A stretch of 64,000 nucleotides of DNA, from positions 928,001 through 992,000 of the forward strand of contig CAVYTA010000006.1 of NCBI GenBank assembly GCA_963771355.1. The letters are read 5' to 3'. The translations under genes were made by a program, and so were the position numbers. Shown here in pieces: positions 19,796 to 30,586 of this stretch. This DNA comes from an uncultured Candidatus Rokubacteria bacterium (GTDB lineage: Bacteria; Methylomirabilota; Methylomirabilia; Rokubacteriales; CSP1-6). The notes under the pieces were generated by a model. The model ran no database searches. It had not been told where the DNA came from and worked only from the letters and a program-made list of their open reading frames with translations. Position 1 is the first letter of the stretch; every line of letters begins with the position of its first letter.

Positions 19796-20823
19796 TGTTC
19801 TCACCGCGCGCGATCCTGGACGTGGTGGCGCGGCTGCGGGGTCGGCGCATCATCGTCGTTGGCGACCTCATCGCCGATGAGTACCTCTACGGCAAGCCCG
19901 CCCGCATCTCGCGCGAGGCCCCGGTCCTCATCCTGCGCTTCACGGACCGCGAGGTGCGGCTGGGGGGCGGCGCCAATGCCGCCCACAATGTCCGCGCGCT
20001 GGGAGCGCACGCGGTGCCCGTCGGCGTGGTGGGCGACGATGCGGCGGGCGCGGAGATCGCGGGACTCTTCGACCGCGCCGGCATCTCCACCGAGGGGCTG
20101 GTGCGGGCGGCGGGGCGGCGCACGCCGATGAAGACCCGCATCATGGCCGGCGGCTACGAATCGACCCGGCAGCAAGTGGTGCGGCTCGACCGCGAGCCCG
20201 ACCCGATCCTCACCCCCGACGTGGAGGAGCGCCTGCTCGAACGCCTGGCCGGACTCGCGCGGGAGGCCGACGGCTTCGTGCTGTCCGACTATGGCTACGG
20301 CGTGCTGTCCCCCCGCGTGTTCGAGGTGGTGCGCGAGCTGGCGCGGCCGCGCGGCGCCCCGGTGTCGGTGGACAGCCGGTACGATCTCCTCCGCTTCCGC
20401 GGCGCCACCGCGGCGACCCCCAACGAGCCGGAGGTGGAGGCGCTCACCGGGGCCGAGCTCGGCGACGAGCGGACCATCGAGAAAGCGGGGCGACAGGTGC
20501 TGGAGCGGCTCGAGGCCCGCCTGCTCCTCGTCACGCGCGGCAGCCGGGGCATGGCGCTGTTCGAGCGCGACGGGCCGGTCACCTTCATGCCGATCTTCGG
20601 CAGCGATCAGATCGCCGACGTCACCGGGGCGGGCGATACCGTCATCAGCGCCTTCACCACCGCGCTGGCCGCGGGCGCGCTGCCGGCCGAGGCCGCCTGG
20701 CTGGCCAATATCGCGGGGGGCCTGGTGGTCATGAAGCGGGGCACCGCCGCGGTCACGCCCGCGGACTTCGCCCAGGCCCTCGCCACCGAGCCCAGGTCCG
20801 ATGGCCCCGGTCCTCGGAATTGA
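19795..20823 (+). CDS. hldA: Heptose-7-phosphate kinase (stand-alone RfaE domain I, PfkB family)
   Basis: [37 protein letters not shown]. Confidence 0.88.
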   Translation: MFSPRAILDVVARLRGRRIIVVGDLIADEYLYGKPARISREAPVLILRFTDREVRLGGGANAAHNVRALGAHAVPVGVVGDDAAGAEIAGLFDRAGISTEGLVRAAGRRTPMKTRIMAGGYESTRQQVVRLDREPDPILTPDVEERLLERLAGLAREADGFVLSDYGYGVLSPRVFEVVRELARPRGAPVSVDSRYDLLRFRGATAATPNEPEVEALTGAELGDERTIEKAGRQVLERLEARLLLVTRGSRGMALFERDGPVTFMPIFGSDQIADVTGAGDTVISAFTTALAAGALPAEAAWLANIAGGLVVMKRGTAAVTPADFAQALATEPRSDGPGPRN

Positions 20824-21286
20824 GGAGGCTGCCCGCTGGGCGGACGCCCAGCGGCAGGCGGGCCGGCGGATCGTCCTCGCCAACGGCGTCTTCGACCTCC
20901 TGCACGTGGGGCATGTGCGCTACCTGGGGGCGGCCCGCGCGCTCGGCGACGTCCTCGTGGTGGCGCTGAACTCCGATGCCTCCGTGCGCCGGCTCAAGGG
21001 CCAGGGCCGGCCGATCATGAGCGCGGCGGAGCGCGCGGAGCTGGTCGGCGCGCTCAGACCGGTGGACGCAGTGGTCGTCTTCGAGGAGGACACCGTCGAC
21101 CGAGTGGTCGGCGCCCTGCGACCCGACGTGCAGGCCAAGGGCACGGACTATACGGAGGCCACCGTGCCCGAGCGCGCGGCGGTGCTGGCGGCGGGGGGCC
21201 GCGTCGCCATCGCGGGCGATCCCAAGGATCACTCTACGCGAGATCTCATTCGGGCCATTGTCGAGCGCTTCGGAGCCGGCCGGTGA
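20801..21286 (+). CDS. hldC: Heptose-1-phosphate adenylyltransferase (stand-alone RfaE domain II)
   Basis: [30 protein letters not shown]. Confidence 0.9.
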   Translation: MAPVLGIEEAARWADAQRQAGRRIVLANGVFDLLHVGHVRYLGAARALGDVLVVALNSDASVRRLKGQGRPIMSAAERAELVGALRPVDAVVVFEEDTVDRVVGALRPDVQAKGTDYTEATVPERAAVLAAGGRVAIAGDPKDHSTRDLIRAIVERFGAGR

Positions 21287-22317
21287 GGATCGCTCTCGTC
21301 AAGCTCTCCGCGCTGGGCGACGTGATCCACACGCTGCCGGTGGCACGCGCGCTGCGGCGCGCCTATCCCGATGCCGAGCTCAGCTGGCTGGTGGAGGCGC
21401 GCGAGGCGGCCGTGCTGCGCGAGCACCCCGATCTCGACCACGTCATCCCCGTGGACACCCGCGGCTGGCGCCGCCGGCATGGTGCGGCGGGGGCGGGGAG
21501 CTTCTGGTCCGGCCTGCGTGCGCTGCGCGGGCAGCTGCGGATTCGCCGCTTCGACGTCGCGGTGGACGCGCAGGGCCTCCTCAAGAGCGGCCTCATCACG
21601 CGACTCACCGGCGCGCCGGTTCGCGTCGGCTTTGGCGCCGCGCGATGCAAAGAGCGGCTCAGCGCGCTCTTCACCAACCGGCACGTGATCCCGCCCCCCG
21701 GCGCCACCCACGTGGTGGATCAGAACCTCGCGCTCCTGGGCGCGCTCGGCGTCGCCGCCGGCGCGCCCGAGTTCCTGATCCCGCCGCGCCCGGACGCCCA
21801 GCGCCGCATGGACGAGTTCCTGGTCGAGGCGGGCTGGAAGCCGGGCGACCGCCTGGTGGCCCTCAATCCCGGCGCGGGACAGCCCGGAAAACAGTGGGCG
21901 CCGGAGCGCTTCGCCGCCGTGGGCGAGCGGCTCGGCGCGGAGGCGGCCGCCCGCGTGCTGCTGCTCTGGGGACCGGCCGAATCGCATCTGGCGCGGCAGA
22001 TCGCGCTCGGCATGCGCGGCGCGGGCAGCGCGGCCGCGCGCCCGCTGCTGGCGCCCCCCACCGATCTCGACGAGCTGACCGCGCTCCTCCGTCGCACGCA
22101 CCTGATGGTCGCCGGGGACACCGGGCCGCTGCATCTGGCCGCCGCGCTCGGCACGCCCGCGCTGGGTCTCTTCGGCCCCACCAGCGCCGCGCGCAATGGC
22201 CCCTATGGCCCGCGGTGCCGCGGGCTGCAGAGCCCCGACGGGACCATGGGCGGGCTCACGCCGGAAGTGGTTCTCGCCGCCGCCGTCACGCTCCTGGAGG
22301 GAGGCGGCACGCGGTGA
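21283..22317 (+). CDS. waaC: LPS heptosyltransferase I (GT9)
   Basis: [36 protein letters not shown]. Confidence 0.9.
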   Translation: MRIALVKLSALGDVIHTLPVARALRRAYPDAELSWLVEAREAAVLREHPDLDHVIPVDTRGWRRRHGAAGAGSFWSGLRALRGQLRIRRFDVAVDAQGLLKSGLITRLTGAPVRVGFGAARCKERLSALFTNRHVIPPPGATHVVDQNLALLGALGVAAGAPEFLIPPRPDAQRRMDEFLVEAGWKPGDRLVALNPGAGQPGKQWAPERFAAVGERLGAEAAARVLLLWGPAESHLARQIALGMRGAGSAAARPLLAPPTDLDELTALLRRTHLMVAGDTGPLHLAAALGTPALGLFGPTSAARNGPYGPRCRGLQSPDGTMGGLTPEVVLAAAVTLLEGGGTR

Positions 22318-23090
22318 GCCGGCTGAGCGTCACCATCGTGGCCTGGAACGAGGAAGAGCGCCTGCGTGCCTGCCTCGAGAGCGTGGCCTGGGCCGACGAG
22401 ATCATCGTGGTGGACGGGGAGTCCACCGACAAGACGGTGGCGCTGGCGCGTGAGTTCACCGACCGCGTATGGGTGCGCCCCTGGCCGGGCTTCGCGGCTC
22501 AGAAGAACTTCGGGCTGGAGCAGGCCACCGGCGACTGGGTGCTCTCGCTCGACGCGGACGAGCGGGTCACTCCCGAGCTCCGGCAGCGCATCGCGCGGGT
22601 CCTCGCCGAGGACGGAGCCGGCACGCCGGGGGCCGACGGCTACTCGATCCCTCGGCGTAACATGTTCTGGGGCGCCTGGGTCCGGCACGGCGGCCTCTAT
22701 CCGGACTATCAGCTCCGGCTCTTCCGCCGGCGCGCCGGCCGCTTCGTGGATGATGTCGTGCACGAGTCGGTGCGCGTGCAAGGACGGGTGGAGACGCTCG
22801 CCGAGGCGCTGCTCCACCACTCCTACCGGAGCCTGGAGGACTTCGTCCAGCGCTCCAACCGCTACTCGACCCTCGCCGCGGGGGCCTGGCTGGAGCGGGG
22901 GAAGCATGTCGGGCTCGCCGATCTCATCTTCAGGCCGCTGGGACGGTTCCTCTCGATGTACATTATTCGCCTGGGCTTCCTCGACGGCTGGCGCGGGTTC
23001 GTGCTGGCCGTCCTGTACGCCGACTACGTCTTCTTGCGGATGGCCAAGGCCTGGGAGGCCCGCCTCCCTCCGCAGGACAACCCCCACTGA
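22314..23090 (+). CDS. Glycosyltransferase family 2 (WaaE/KdtX-like)
   Basis: LSVTIVAWNEE, STDKT, WVLSLDADE, PDYQLRLF, VHE, GFLDG. Confidence 0.88.
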   Translation: MSRLSVTIVAWNEEERLRACLESVAWADEIIVVDGESTDKTVALAREFTDRVWVRPWPGFAAQKNFGLEQATGDWVLSLDADERVTPELRQRIARVLAEDGAGTPGADGYSIPRRNMFWGAWVRHGGLYPDYQLRLFRRRAGRFVDDVVHESVRVQGRVETLAEALLHHSYRSLEDFVQRSNRYSTLAAGAWLERGKHVGLADLIFRPLGRFLSMYIIRLGFLDGWRGFVLAVLYADYVFLRMAKAWEARLPPQDNPH

Positions 23091-23098
23091 GGAGCGGC

Positions 23099-24091
23099 AT
23101 GGCAGCGAGCAGGCAGCGGGTCCTGTCCGGGATGCGCCCCACGGGGAAGCTCCACCTCGGCAATTTCCTCGGGGCCCTCGAGAACTGGGTGCGCCTGCAG
23201 GCCGAGTACGAGTGCTTCTACTTCGTGGCCAACTGGCATGTCCTCACCACCGACGCCGAGCACAGCGCGGAGGCGGGCGCCAGTACCCTCGAGATGATGG
23301 CGGACTGGCTGGGCGCCGGGCTCGACCCCGAGCAGTCCACGCTGTTCATCCAGTCGCGGGTGCCCGAGCACGCCGAGCTCCACCTCCTCTTCTCCATGGT
23401 GGTCCCGGTGGGCTGGCTGGAGCGCGTGCCCACCTACAAGGAGATGGTGGAACAGCTCGGCATCGCCGCGCCCTCCTACGGGCTGCTCGGCTATCCGCTG
23501 CTGCAGTCCGCGGACATCCTCATGTACAAGGCGCACTGGGTGCCGGTGGGAGCGGACCAGGTGCCCCATATCGAGCTGACGCGCGAGGTCGCGCGGCGCT
23601 TCAACAGCACGTGGAAGCCGGTGTTCCCGGAGCCCCAGGCCAAGCTCACCCAGATCCCCAAGGTGCCGGGCACCGACGGCCGGAAGATGTCCAAGTCCTA
23701 CGGGAATGCCATCGAGCTGTCGGATAGCTCCGAGGAGATCGCCCGGAAGATCAAGCCCATGGTCACGGATCCGGCGCGGAAGCGCCGCACCGATCCCGGC
23801 AATCCCGACATCTGCCCGGTGTTCGACCTCCACCGCATCTTCACGCCTGAAGGGCCACGCGAAAGCTGCGCGCAGGGCTGCCGCACCGCCGCCATCGGCT
23901 GCCTCGACTGCAAGGCCGTCCTGCTCGAGCACATGCTGCCCCCGCTGGCCGCCATTCGCGAACGGCGCCAGCGCTGGGCGGAGCGGCCGAAGGAGATGCT
24001 CGAGATCCTGCACGAGGGCTCGCGGCGCGCGCAGGCCATCGCGCGGCTGACCATGGACGAGGTGCGGGACGCGATCAGGCTGGAGCCATGA
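23099..24091 (+). CDS. trpS: Tryptophan--tRNA ligase
   Basis: SGMRPTGKLHLGN (HIGH-like), YPLLQSADI, KMSKS. Confidence 0.96.
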   Translation: MAASRQRVLSGMRPTGKLHLGNFLGALENWVRLQAEYECFYFVANWHVLTTDAEHSAEAGASTLEMMADWLGAGLDPEQSTLFIQSRVPEHAELHLLFSMVVPVGWLERVPTYKEMVEQLGIAAPSYGLLGYPLLQSADILMYKAHWVPVGADQVPHIELTREVARRFNSTWKPVFPEPQAKLTQIPKVPGTDGRKMSKSYGNAIELSDSSEEIARKIKPMVTDPARKRRTDPGNPDICPVFDLHRIFTPEGPRESCAQGCRTAAIGCLDCKAVLLEHMLPPLAAIRERRQRWAERPKEMLEILHEGSRRAQAIARLTMDEVRDAIRLEP

Positions 24092-24879
24092 CGGAGGTCG
24101 CGGCCCCCGGCCTCACCGTGCGCGTCGAGTCCTTCGAGGGCCCGCTGGACCTGCTGCTCCACCTCTGCCGTACCAGCGAGGTGGACCTGGCGCGGCTGCC
24201 CATCCGCACCGTCACCGACCAGTACCTCGCCCATCTCGAATCCGTCCGCTTCCAGGACCTCGAGACCGCCGGGTCCTTCATGGTGATGGCGGCGACCTTG
24301 ATCTACCTCAAGTCCAAGCTCCTCTTGCCGCCTACCGGCGAGCCGGGCGAGGACGAGATGGATCCCGAGGGCGAGCTTCTGCGCCAGGAGCTCGCCGCGC
24401 GACTGGCCGAATACGCGCGCGTCAAGACGCTGGGAGGGTGGCTGGCCGCGCGCGAGGCCGAGCAGGCGCTCCTCTTCGGGCGCACCACCGCCGAGCTGCC
24501 GCCGCCGGAGGAAATCCCGCTCCAGGACCTTTCCGTGCACCTCCTCACGCGCGCCATCAACCGGCTCATCGAGGAGCAGAAGCGCGAGCGGCCCCGCGAG
24601 GTAGAGCCCAACCCCATCTCGGTGCTGGACCGCATGAGCGAGATCCTGTCGCTCCTGCGCTCGACGTGGTCGCTCCTCTTCTCGTCGGTGGCGGGCGGCG
24701 AGCGCGTCCGCGCCGAGTGGGTGGTGACGCTTCTCGCGCTGCTCGAGATGGTGCGGCTGGGCCAGGCACGCGCTCGGCAGTCCGAGCTCTTCGGCGACAT
24801 CGTGATCGAGCGTGGCGGCGGCGTCCCGGTGGACGTGACCGACGAGACGGACCCGGCGCCCCAGGGAGAGCCCGCATGA
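24088..24879 (+). CDS. scpA: Segregation and condensation protein A
   Basis: FEGPLDLLL, MAATLIYLKSKLLLP, LALLEM. Confidence 0.93.
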   Translation: MTEVAAPGLTVRVESFEGPLDLLLHLCRTSEVDLARLPIRTVTDQYLAHLESVRFQDLETAGSFMVMAATLIYLKSKLLLPPTGEPGEDEMDPEGELLRQELAARLAEYARVKTLGGWLAAREAEQALLFGRTTAELPPPEEIPLQDLSVHLLTRAINRLIEEQKRERPREVEPNPISVLDRMSEILSLLRSTWSLLFSSVAGGERVRAEWVVTLLALLEMVRLGQARARQSELFGDIVIERGGGVPVDVTDETDPAPQGEPA

Positions 24880-25514
24880 CCGAGCCCATCGACGTTCTCG
24901 AAGCCCTGCTCTTCGCCTCCGAGTCGCCGGTGGAGACGGCTACCATCCGCGAGGTGCTCGAGCTGCCGTCGGCAGACGCGGCGCGCACCCTGGTGGAGGC
25001 GCTCACCGCGCGCCTGCGCGACGAGGGCCGCGCGCTGCAGATCCTCGAGGTCGGCGGCGGCTTCCGGCTGGTGACCCGCCCGGAGGTGGCACCGTGGCTG
25101 GTGAAGCTCGCGCGCGCGCGCACGCGCCAGCGCCTCTCGCGTCCGTCGCTGGAGACGCTCGCCATCATCGCCTACCGCCAGCCCGTGTCGCGGCCGGAGG
25201 TGGACGCGGTGCGCGGGGTGAACTCGGACGCGGTGCTGGACAATCTCCTCGAGCGCCGGCTCATCCGCATCGCCGGCCGCAAGGACTCGCCCGGCCGGCC
25301 CTTCCTCTACGAGACCACCCGCGAGTTCCTGGTCGCCTTCGGGCTCCGCGACGTCGCCGACCTCCCCAAGCCCGACGGCGAGCTGATCATTCCCGAGACG
25401 CCCCCGCCCGATCCTTCGGGGCAGGGCGAGCTCGCCACGGAGCTGGCCGGTGCCGTCGATCCGTCTCAGCAAGATCCTGGCCCAGGCGGGGCTGAGCTCG
25501 CGTCGCGGGGCTGA
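24876..25514 (+). CDS. scpB: Segregation and condensation protein B
   Basis: LEALLF, SLETLAIIAYRQP, VRGVNS, PGRP.LY.TT. Confidence 0.94.
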   Translation: MTEPIDVLEALLFASESPVETATIREVLELPSADAARTLVEALTARLRDEGRALQILEVGGGFRLVTRPEVAPWLVKLARARTRQRLSRPSLETLAIIAYRQPVSRPEVDAVRGVNSDAVLDNLLERRLIRIAGRKDSPGRPFLYETTREFLVAFGLRDVADLPKPDGELIIPETPPPDPSGQGELATELAGAVDPSQQDPGPGGAELASRG

Positions 25515-26208
25515 GACCCTCCTCGGGGAGGGGCGCGTCACCGTCAACGGCACGGTGCGCCTCGAGCCGGGGGCGCAGGCGGACCCCGAGCGCGACGTGA
25601 TCGTGGTGGACGGTCGGCGCCTCGAGCCGGCCGCCGCCCGCACCTATCTCCTCCTTCACAAGCCGCGGGGCTACGTGACCAGCCGCGCCGATCCGGGCGG
25701 CCGCGCGGTGGTGCTGGACCTGCTCCCTTCCGGGCGCGCGCGCGTCTTTCCCGTGGGCCGGCTCGACGCCGACACGGAGGGGCTCCTGCTCCTCACCGAT
25801 GACGGTCCGCTCGCCAACTACCTCCTGCACCCGCGCTACGAGATTCCCCGCGTCTATGACGCGCAGGTGGAAGGGCGGGTGCGCGCGGCCGATCTCGTCC
25901 GCTGGCGCCGCGGCGCCGTGCTCGAAGACGGCCCGGCGGTGCCCAAGGATGTGCGCCTGCTGCGCGCGGACGGGACCACCACCTGGGTGCGCCTCACCTT
26001 CGCGGAGGGACGGAAACGCGAGGTGCGCCGCTACGCTCAGGCGCTCGGCCATCCCGTGCGCCGCCTCATTCGTGTGCAGTTCGGTCCCCTCCAGCTGGGC
26101 ACCCTCCGGGTGGGGGCCAGCCGCCCCCTGACCGACGATGAGCTTGCCGCGCTCAACCGCTTGCGTGGGGGGAACCCATCGCCTATACTGCGTAGGCTCG
26201 ATAGATAG
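25450..26208 (+). CDS. rluB: RsuA-family pseudouridine synthase (RluB-like)
   Basis: S4 domain RLSKILA..G..SRR, VGRLDADTEGLLLLT; follows scpB. Confidence 0.85.
   Translation: MPSIRLSKILAQAGLSSRRGAETLLGEGRVTVNGTVRLEPGAQADPERDVIVVDGRRLEPAAARTYLLLHKPRGYVTSRADPGGRAVVLDLLPSGRARVFPVGRLDADTEGLLLLTDDGPLANYLLHPRYEIPRVYDAQVEGRVRAADLVRWRRGAVLEDGPAVPKDVRLLRADGTTTWVRLTFAEGRKREVRRYAQALGHPVRRLIRVQFGPLQLGTLRVGASRPLTDDELAALNRLRGGNPSPILRRLDR
26161..26189 (+). promoter_or_regulatory. Putative sigma70 promoter for the pheA-hisC-tyrA-aroA-cmk run, embedded in the rluB 3' end
   Basis: TTGCGT, 17-bp spacer, TATACT, 38 nt before the pheA ATG. Confidence 0.55.
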
Positions 26209-26227
26209 ATCGGCTTCAGGAGCCTTT

Positions 26228-27289
26228 ATGAACCTGGACGATTGGCGTTCCAGGATCAACAACCTCGACCACGAGATCCTAGACCTCCTCAATCAGCGCG
26301 CAGACGCCGCCCTCCACATCGGCGAGCTCAAGAGGCAGCAGGATCTTCCCTACTTCGTTCCGGAGCGCGAGGCCCAGGTCCTCGACCGCCTCGTCACGCT
26401 GAATGGTGGTCCGTTGCCCGCCGACGCGCTCCGCGCGATCTGGCGGGAGATCCTCTCCGCCTCGCTCGCGCTCGAGAATCCGCTCCCCGTGGTATACCTG
26501 GGCCCGCCCGCCACGTATACGCACCAGGCGGCGCGCGCGCGCTTCGGCTCCTCGGCCGCCTTCCGGCCCATGCGAAACATCGCGGAGGTGTTCGACGAGG
26601 TCGAGCGCGGCCGCGCGGAGTATGGGGTGGTACCGGTGGAGAATTCCACCGAAGGGCCGGTCAACATCACGCTGGACCGCCTGATCGACTCCGACGCCCT
26701 CATCACGGGCGAGATGACGCTGGAGATCACGCATCACCTGCTGTCGCGGGCCGGCGAGCTCGGCGAGGTCAAGAAGGTCTGCTCCCACCCGCAGGGCCTG
26801 GCCCAGTGCCGGCAGTGGCTGGCCGCGCACCTGCCCGACGTGGCCACCGAGGAGACGTCCTCCACCGCCGCCGCCGCGGAGCGCGCCAAGGACGATCCTA
26901 CCGTGGCCGCCATCGCCTCCGAGATGGCGGGCCGGATCTACGAGGTCCCCGCGCTCCGCCGGCGCATCGAGGACAATCCCTTCAACTCCACGCGGTTCCT
27001 GGTGCTGGGCCGCCGTCCCATGCCGGTCACCGGACGCGACAAGACCTCCATCCTCTTCTCCATGAAGAACGAGCCCGGCGTGCTCTTCAGCATCCTCCAG
27101 CCGTTCGCGGAGCGCGGGCTCAACCTGACCAAGATCGAATCACGGCCGACCAAGCGGCGGCCCTGGGAATACGTCAACTTCGTCGATTTCGAGGGCCATC
27201 GGGACACCGAGGGCGTGGATGGCGCGCTCGCCGCGGTGCGGGAGCGGTGCCAGTTCCTCAAGATCCTCGGATCCTACCCGGCCGCCTAA
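26228..27289 (+). CDS. pheA: Chorismate mutase/prephenate dehydratase
   Basis: N-terminal CM domain, LGP..TY, PVENSTEG, SHPQ, TRFLV, ESRP in ACT domain. Confidence 0.95.
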   Translation: MNLDDWRSRINNLDHEILDLLNQRADAALHIGELKRQQDLPYFVPEREAQVLDRLVTLNGGPLPADALRAIWREILSASLALENPLPVVYLGPPATYTHQAARARFGSSAAFRPMRNIAEVFDEVERGRAEYGVVPVENSTEGPVNITLDRLIDSDALITGEMTLEITHHLLSRAGELGEVKKVCSHPQGLAQCRQWLAAHLPDVATEETSSTAAAAERAKDDPTVAAIASEMAGRIYEVPALRRRIEDNPFNSTRFLVLGRRPMPVTGRDKTSILFSMKNEPGVLFSILQPFAERGLNLTKIESRPTKRRPWEYVNFVDFEGHRDTEGVDGALAAVRERCQFLKILGSYPAA

Positions 27290-27300
27290 GGAGCCCCCGC

Positions 27301-28416
27301 ATGTCCGTACCCTGGGAATCGCTCGCCAACGAACACATCCTCGGGATTGCCCCGTACGAGCCGGGCAAGCCCATCGAGGAGCTCGAGCGCGAGCTGGGGA
27401 TCCACGACGCGATCAAGCTCGCGTCCAACGAGAATCCCTTGCCCCCGTCCGAGAAGGTCCAGCAGGCGGTGGCCGCCGCGCTGAGCCAGCTCAACCGCTA
27501 TCCGGACGGCACCGGCTTCTACCTCCGCCAGGCCCTGGCCCGTCGCCACGGCGTCACCCCCGACCACATCGTCCTGGGCGCGGGCTCCAACGAGCTGATC
27601 GAGCTCGTCGCGCGGGCCTTCATGCGGCCCGGCGACGAGGCGGTGATCCCCCATCCCTCCTTCGTCGTCTACCCCATGATCGTGCAGGCGGTGGGGGGGA
27701 TCCGGGTGGTGGTGACCCTCAAGGACTACCGGCTCGACCTCAAGGCGATGGCGCGCGCCATCACGCCCATGACCAAGATGGTCTTCATCGCCAACCCGAA
27801 CAATCCCACCGCCACCATCGTCACCGCCGCCGAGGTGGAGGACTTCATGGCGCGCGTGCCCGATCGCGCCATCGTGGTGTTCGACGAGGCGTACTACGAA
27901 TTCGCCCAGGGTCCCGACTTTCCCGACTCGCTCGCCTATCTGCGGGAGGAGCGCAAGGTGGTGGTCCTGCGCACCTTCTCCAAGGCGGCCAGCCTGGCGG
28001 GGCTGCGCGTGGGCTATGCGGTGGGCGATCCCGATTGCGTCTCGCTCCTCAATCGCATCCGGGCCCCCTTCAACGTGAACTCGCTGGCGCAGGTGGCTGC
28101 CCTCGCCGCCCTCGAGGACGATGCCCACATCATCGAGTGCCGGCGCATGATCGAGGCCGGACGCGCGTTCCTCTCCGACGAGTTCGCGTCCCTGGGGCTC
28201 AAGTTCCCGCCCTCGCGCGCCAACTTCATCCTGGTCGACGTGGGCCGGAACGCGCTGGATGTCTACCAGCGGCTCCTCCGCGAGGGAGTCATCGTCCGCC
28301 CCATGCTCTCGTTCGGGATGGAGAGCACGCTGCGCGTGACCATCGGCACCCCCGAGGAGAACCGCCGCCTGATGAAAGCGCTTCGAAAGGTCCTGCAGGA
28401 GGCCAAGCGCGCGTGA
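27301..28416 (+). CDS. hisC: Histidinol-phosphate/aromatic aminotransferase
   Basis: KLASNENP, NPNNPT, DEAY, RTFSK..LAGLRVGY. Confidence 0.93.
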   Translation: MSVPWESLANEHILGIAPYEPGKPIEELERELGIHDAIKLASNENPLPPSEKVQQAVAAALSQLNRYPDGTGFYLRQALARRHGVTPDHIVLGAGSNELIELVARAFMRPGDEAVIPHPSFVVYPMIVQAVGGIRVVVTLKDYRLDLKAMARAITPMTKMVFIANPNNPTATIVTAAEVEDFMARVPDRAIVVFDEAYYEFAQGPDFPDSLAYLREERKVVVLRTFSKAASLAGLRVGYAVGDPDCVSLLNRIRAPFNVNSLAQVAALAALEDDAHIIECRRMIEAGRAFLSDEFASLGLKFPPSRANFILVDVGRNALDVYQRLLREGVIVRPMLSFGMESTLRVTIGTPEENRRLMKALRKVLQEAKRA

Positions 28417-29261
28417 TCCCCCGGCTCTGCGTCGTCGGTCTCGGTCTCCTGGGCGGCTCGGTGGCGAAAGCCGCCCGCGAGCGCGGGCTGGCGCGGGAGA
28501 TCGTGGCGGTGGGGCGGCGCGCCTCGAGCCTGGAGCCGGCGCTTCGCGCGGGCGTGGTGGACCAGGCGACGACGGATCTTGCCTCCGGCGTGAAGGAGGC
28601 GGACTTCTGCCTCCTCGCCACCCCGGTGGCCTCGCTCGAGCGCCAGCTCGCCGCGGTGTGGGCCGCCCTCCCCGCGCGCGCCCTGGTCACCGACGTGGGC
28701 AGCACCAAGGGGCGCATCGTGGCGACTGCCGAGGGCCTCGCCGCCGGGCGGCCGCTCGCCTTCGTGGGCGGCCACCCCATGGCCGGGTCCGAGCGCGCGG
28801 GCTTCGCGGAGGCGCGCGCCGACCTCTTCGAGGGGGCCACCGTCATCCTCACGCCCACCGAGCGCACACCGCCCGACGCGGTGACGCGCGTGCGCGGCTT
28901 CTGGGAAGCGGTGGGCGGACGCGTCACCGTGCTCGATCCCACCACGCATGACCGCGCGGTGGCGGCGGTGAGCCATCTTCCGCATCTGGTGGCGGACGCC
29001 CTGATGGACGCCGTGCTCCGCATGGATCCCGCCTTCCTCGACGTGGCCGCGCGGGGCTTCCGCGACACCACCCGCATCGCCGCCGCCAGCCCCGAGATCT
29101 GGCGCGAGATCTTCCTGGACAATCGCGCGGCGCTCGCCGAGGCGGTGGCCGCCTTTCGCAAGTCGCTGGACCACCTCGAGGGCATGCTCGCCGCCGGGGA
29201 CGCCGCCGCAGTGGAGGCGGAGCTCGAGCGGATCAAGCAGGCCCGGGAGTCGCTGGGATGA
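28413..29261 (+). CDS. tyrA: Prephenate/arogenate dehydrogenase
   Basis: GLGLLGGS, DVGSTK, HPMAGSE, SHLPH, FRDTTRIA. Confidence 0.93.
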   Translation: MIPRLCVVGLGLLGGSVAKAARERGLAREIVAVGRRASSLEPALRAGVVDQATTDLASGVKEADFCLLATPVASLERQLAAVWAALPARALVTDVGSTKGRIVATAEGLAAGRPLAFVGGHPMAGSERAGFAEARADLFEGATVILTPTERTPPDAVTRVRGFWEAVGGRVTVLDPTTHDRAVAAVSHLPHLVADALMDAVLRMDPAFLDVAARGFRDTTRIAAASPEIWREIFLDNRAALAEAVAAFRKSLDHLEGMLAAGDAAAVEAELERIKQARESLG

Positions 29262-30586
29262 GGATACGGGTGCGGCGGGCGGGCCGATTGACGGGCCGGG
29301 TGGCGGTGCCGGGGGACAAGTCCATCTCCCACCGCGCCGCGCTCTTCGGCGCGCTGGCCAGCGGCCGCACCGAGATCACCGGCTTCCTCGAGGGCGAGGA
29401 CTGCCTGGCCACTCTCAAGGCCGTGCGTGCGCTGGGTGCCGAAGTGACGCGGAAGGGGCCCGGCCACTATCTGGTGGACGGCACCGGGGTCAACGGCCTC
29501 ACCGAGCCGGACAACGTGATCGACTGCGGTAACTCCGGCACCAGCGCCCGCCTGCTCGTGGGCGTGCTGGCCGGCCAGCCCTTCTGGACCGTGCTCACCG
29601 GGGACGACTCCCTGCGGAGCCGGCCCATGGACCGCGTGGCCGAGCCGCTCCGCCGCATGGGCGCCACCGTGGTGGGGCGGCGCGAGGGCAGTCGGCTGCC
29701 GCTCGCGGTGCGCGGCGCGCGGCCCCTCAAGGCGCTCACCTACGCCTCGCCGGTGGCCTCCGCCCAGGTCAAGACCGCGTTGCTCCTCGCCGGGCTCTGG
29801 GCCGACGGGCCGGTGACGGTGCGCGAGCCCACGCCCTCGCGCGACCACACCGAGCGCATGCTGGGCGGATTCGGCGCGCGCCTGACGGTCGGCCCCGAGG
29901 GGATCACCCTGACGCCCGGCGCCCCGCTCTCCGGCCAGCCGGTCGCGGTGCCCGGAGACATCTCCTCCGCCGCCTTCTTCCTGGTGGCGGCGGCGGCGGC
30001 GCCGGAGGCCGAGGTCACGGTGTCGCAGGTGGGCACCAATCCCACGCGCACCGGCGTGCTCGAGGTGCTGCGCGCCATGGGCGCGTCGATCGAATCCGTG
30101 ACGGGCGACTCCGCGGCGGGCAGCCACGCCGTCGCCGAGCCCTTCGCCGACCTGGTAGTCCGCGGCGGGGCGCTGCGGGGCACCGAGATCGGCGGCGCCC
30201 TCGTCCCGCGCCTCATCGACGAGGTGCCCATCCTCGCGGTGGCCGCCTGCCTCGCCGACGGGCCCACCGAGATCCGCGACGCCGCCGAGCTCCGCGTGAA
30301 GGAGTCGGACCGCATCCGCGCCGTCGCCACCGAGCTGGGCCGCCTGGGCGCGCGCGTCACCGAGCGCCCGGATGGCTTGCGCATCGAGGGCGGCACGCGA
30401 CTGCGCGGGGCGGTGGTGCAGAGCGGGGGCGATCACCGGATCGCCATGGCCCTGGTGGTGGCGGGCCTGCTTGCGGACGGGGAGACGGTGGTGGAGGATA
30501 CGGAGTGCATCGCCACCTCCTTCCCTGGATTCCTCTCCGCGGTGAACGATCTGGCGGGCGCCCAGGCGGCACGGGCCGAATCATGA
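29258..30586 (+). CDS. aroA: EPSP synthase
   Basis: PGDKSISHR, SAQVK, RDHTE, LRVKESDRI, DHRIAM. Confidence 0.96.
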   Translation: MRIRVRRAGRLTGRVAVPGDKSISHRAALFGALASGRTEITGFLEGEDCLATLKAVRALGAEVTRKGPGHYLVDGTGVNGLTEPDNVIDCGNSGTSARLLVGVLAGQPFWTVLTGDDSLRSRPMDRVAEPLRRMGATVVGRREGSRLPLAVRGARPLKALTYASPVASAQVKTALLLAGLWADGPVTVREPTPSRDHTERMLGGFGARLTVGPEGITLTPGAPLSGQPVAVPGDISSAAFFLVAAAAAPEAEVTVSQVGTNPTRTGVLEVLRAMGASIESVTGDSAAGSHAVAEPFADLVVRGGALRGTEIGGALVPRLIDEVPILAVAACLADGPTEIRDAAELRVKESDRIRAVATELGRLGARVTERPDGLRIEGGTRLRGAVVQSGGDHRIAMALVVAGLLADGETVVEDTECIATSFPGFLSAVNDLAGAQAARAES

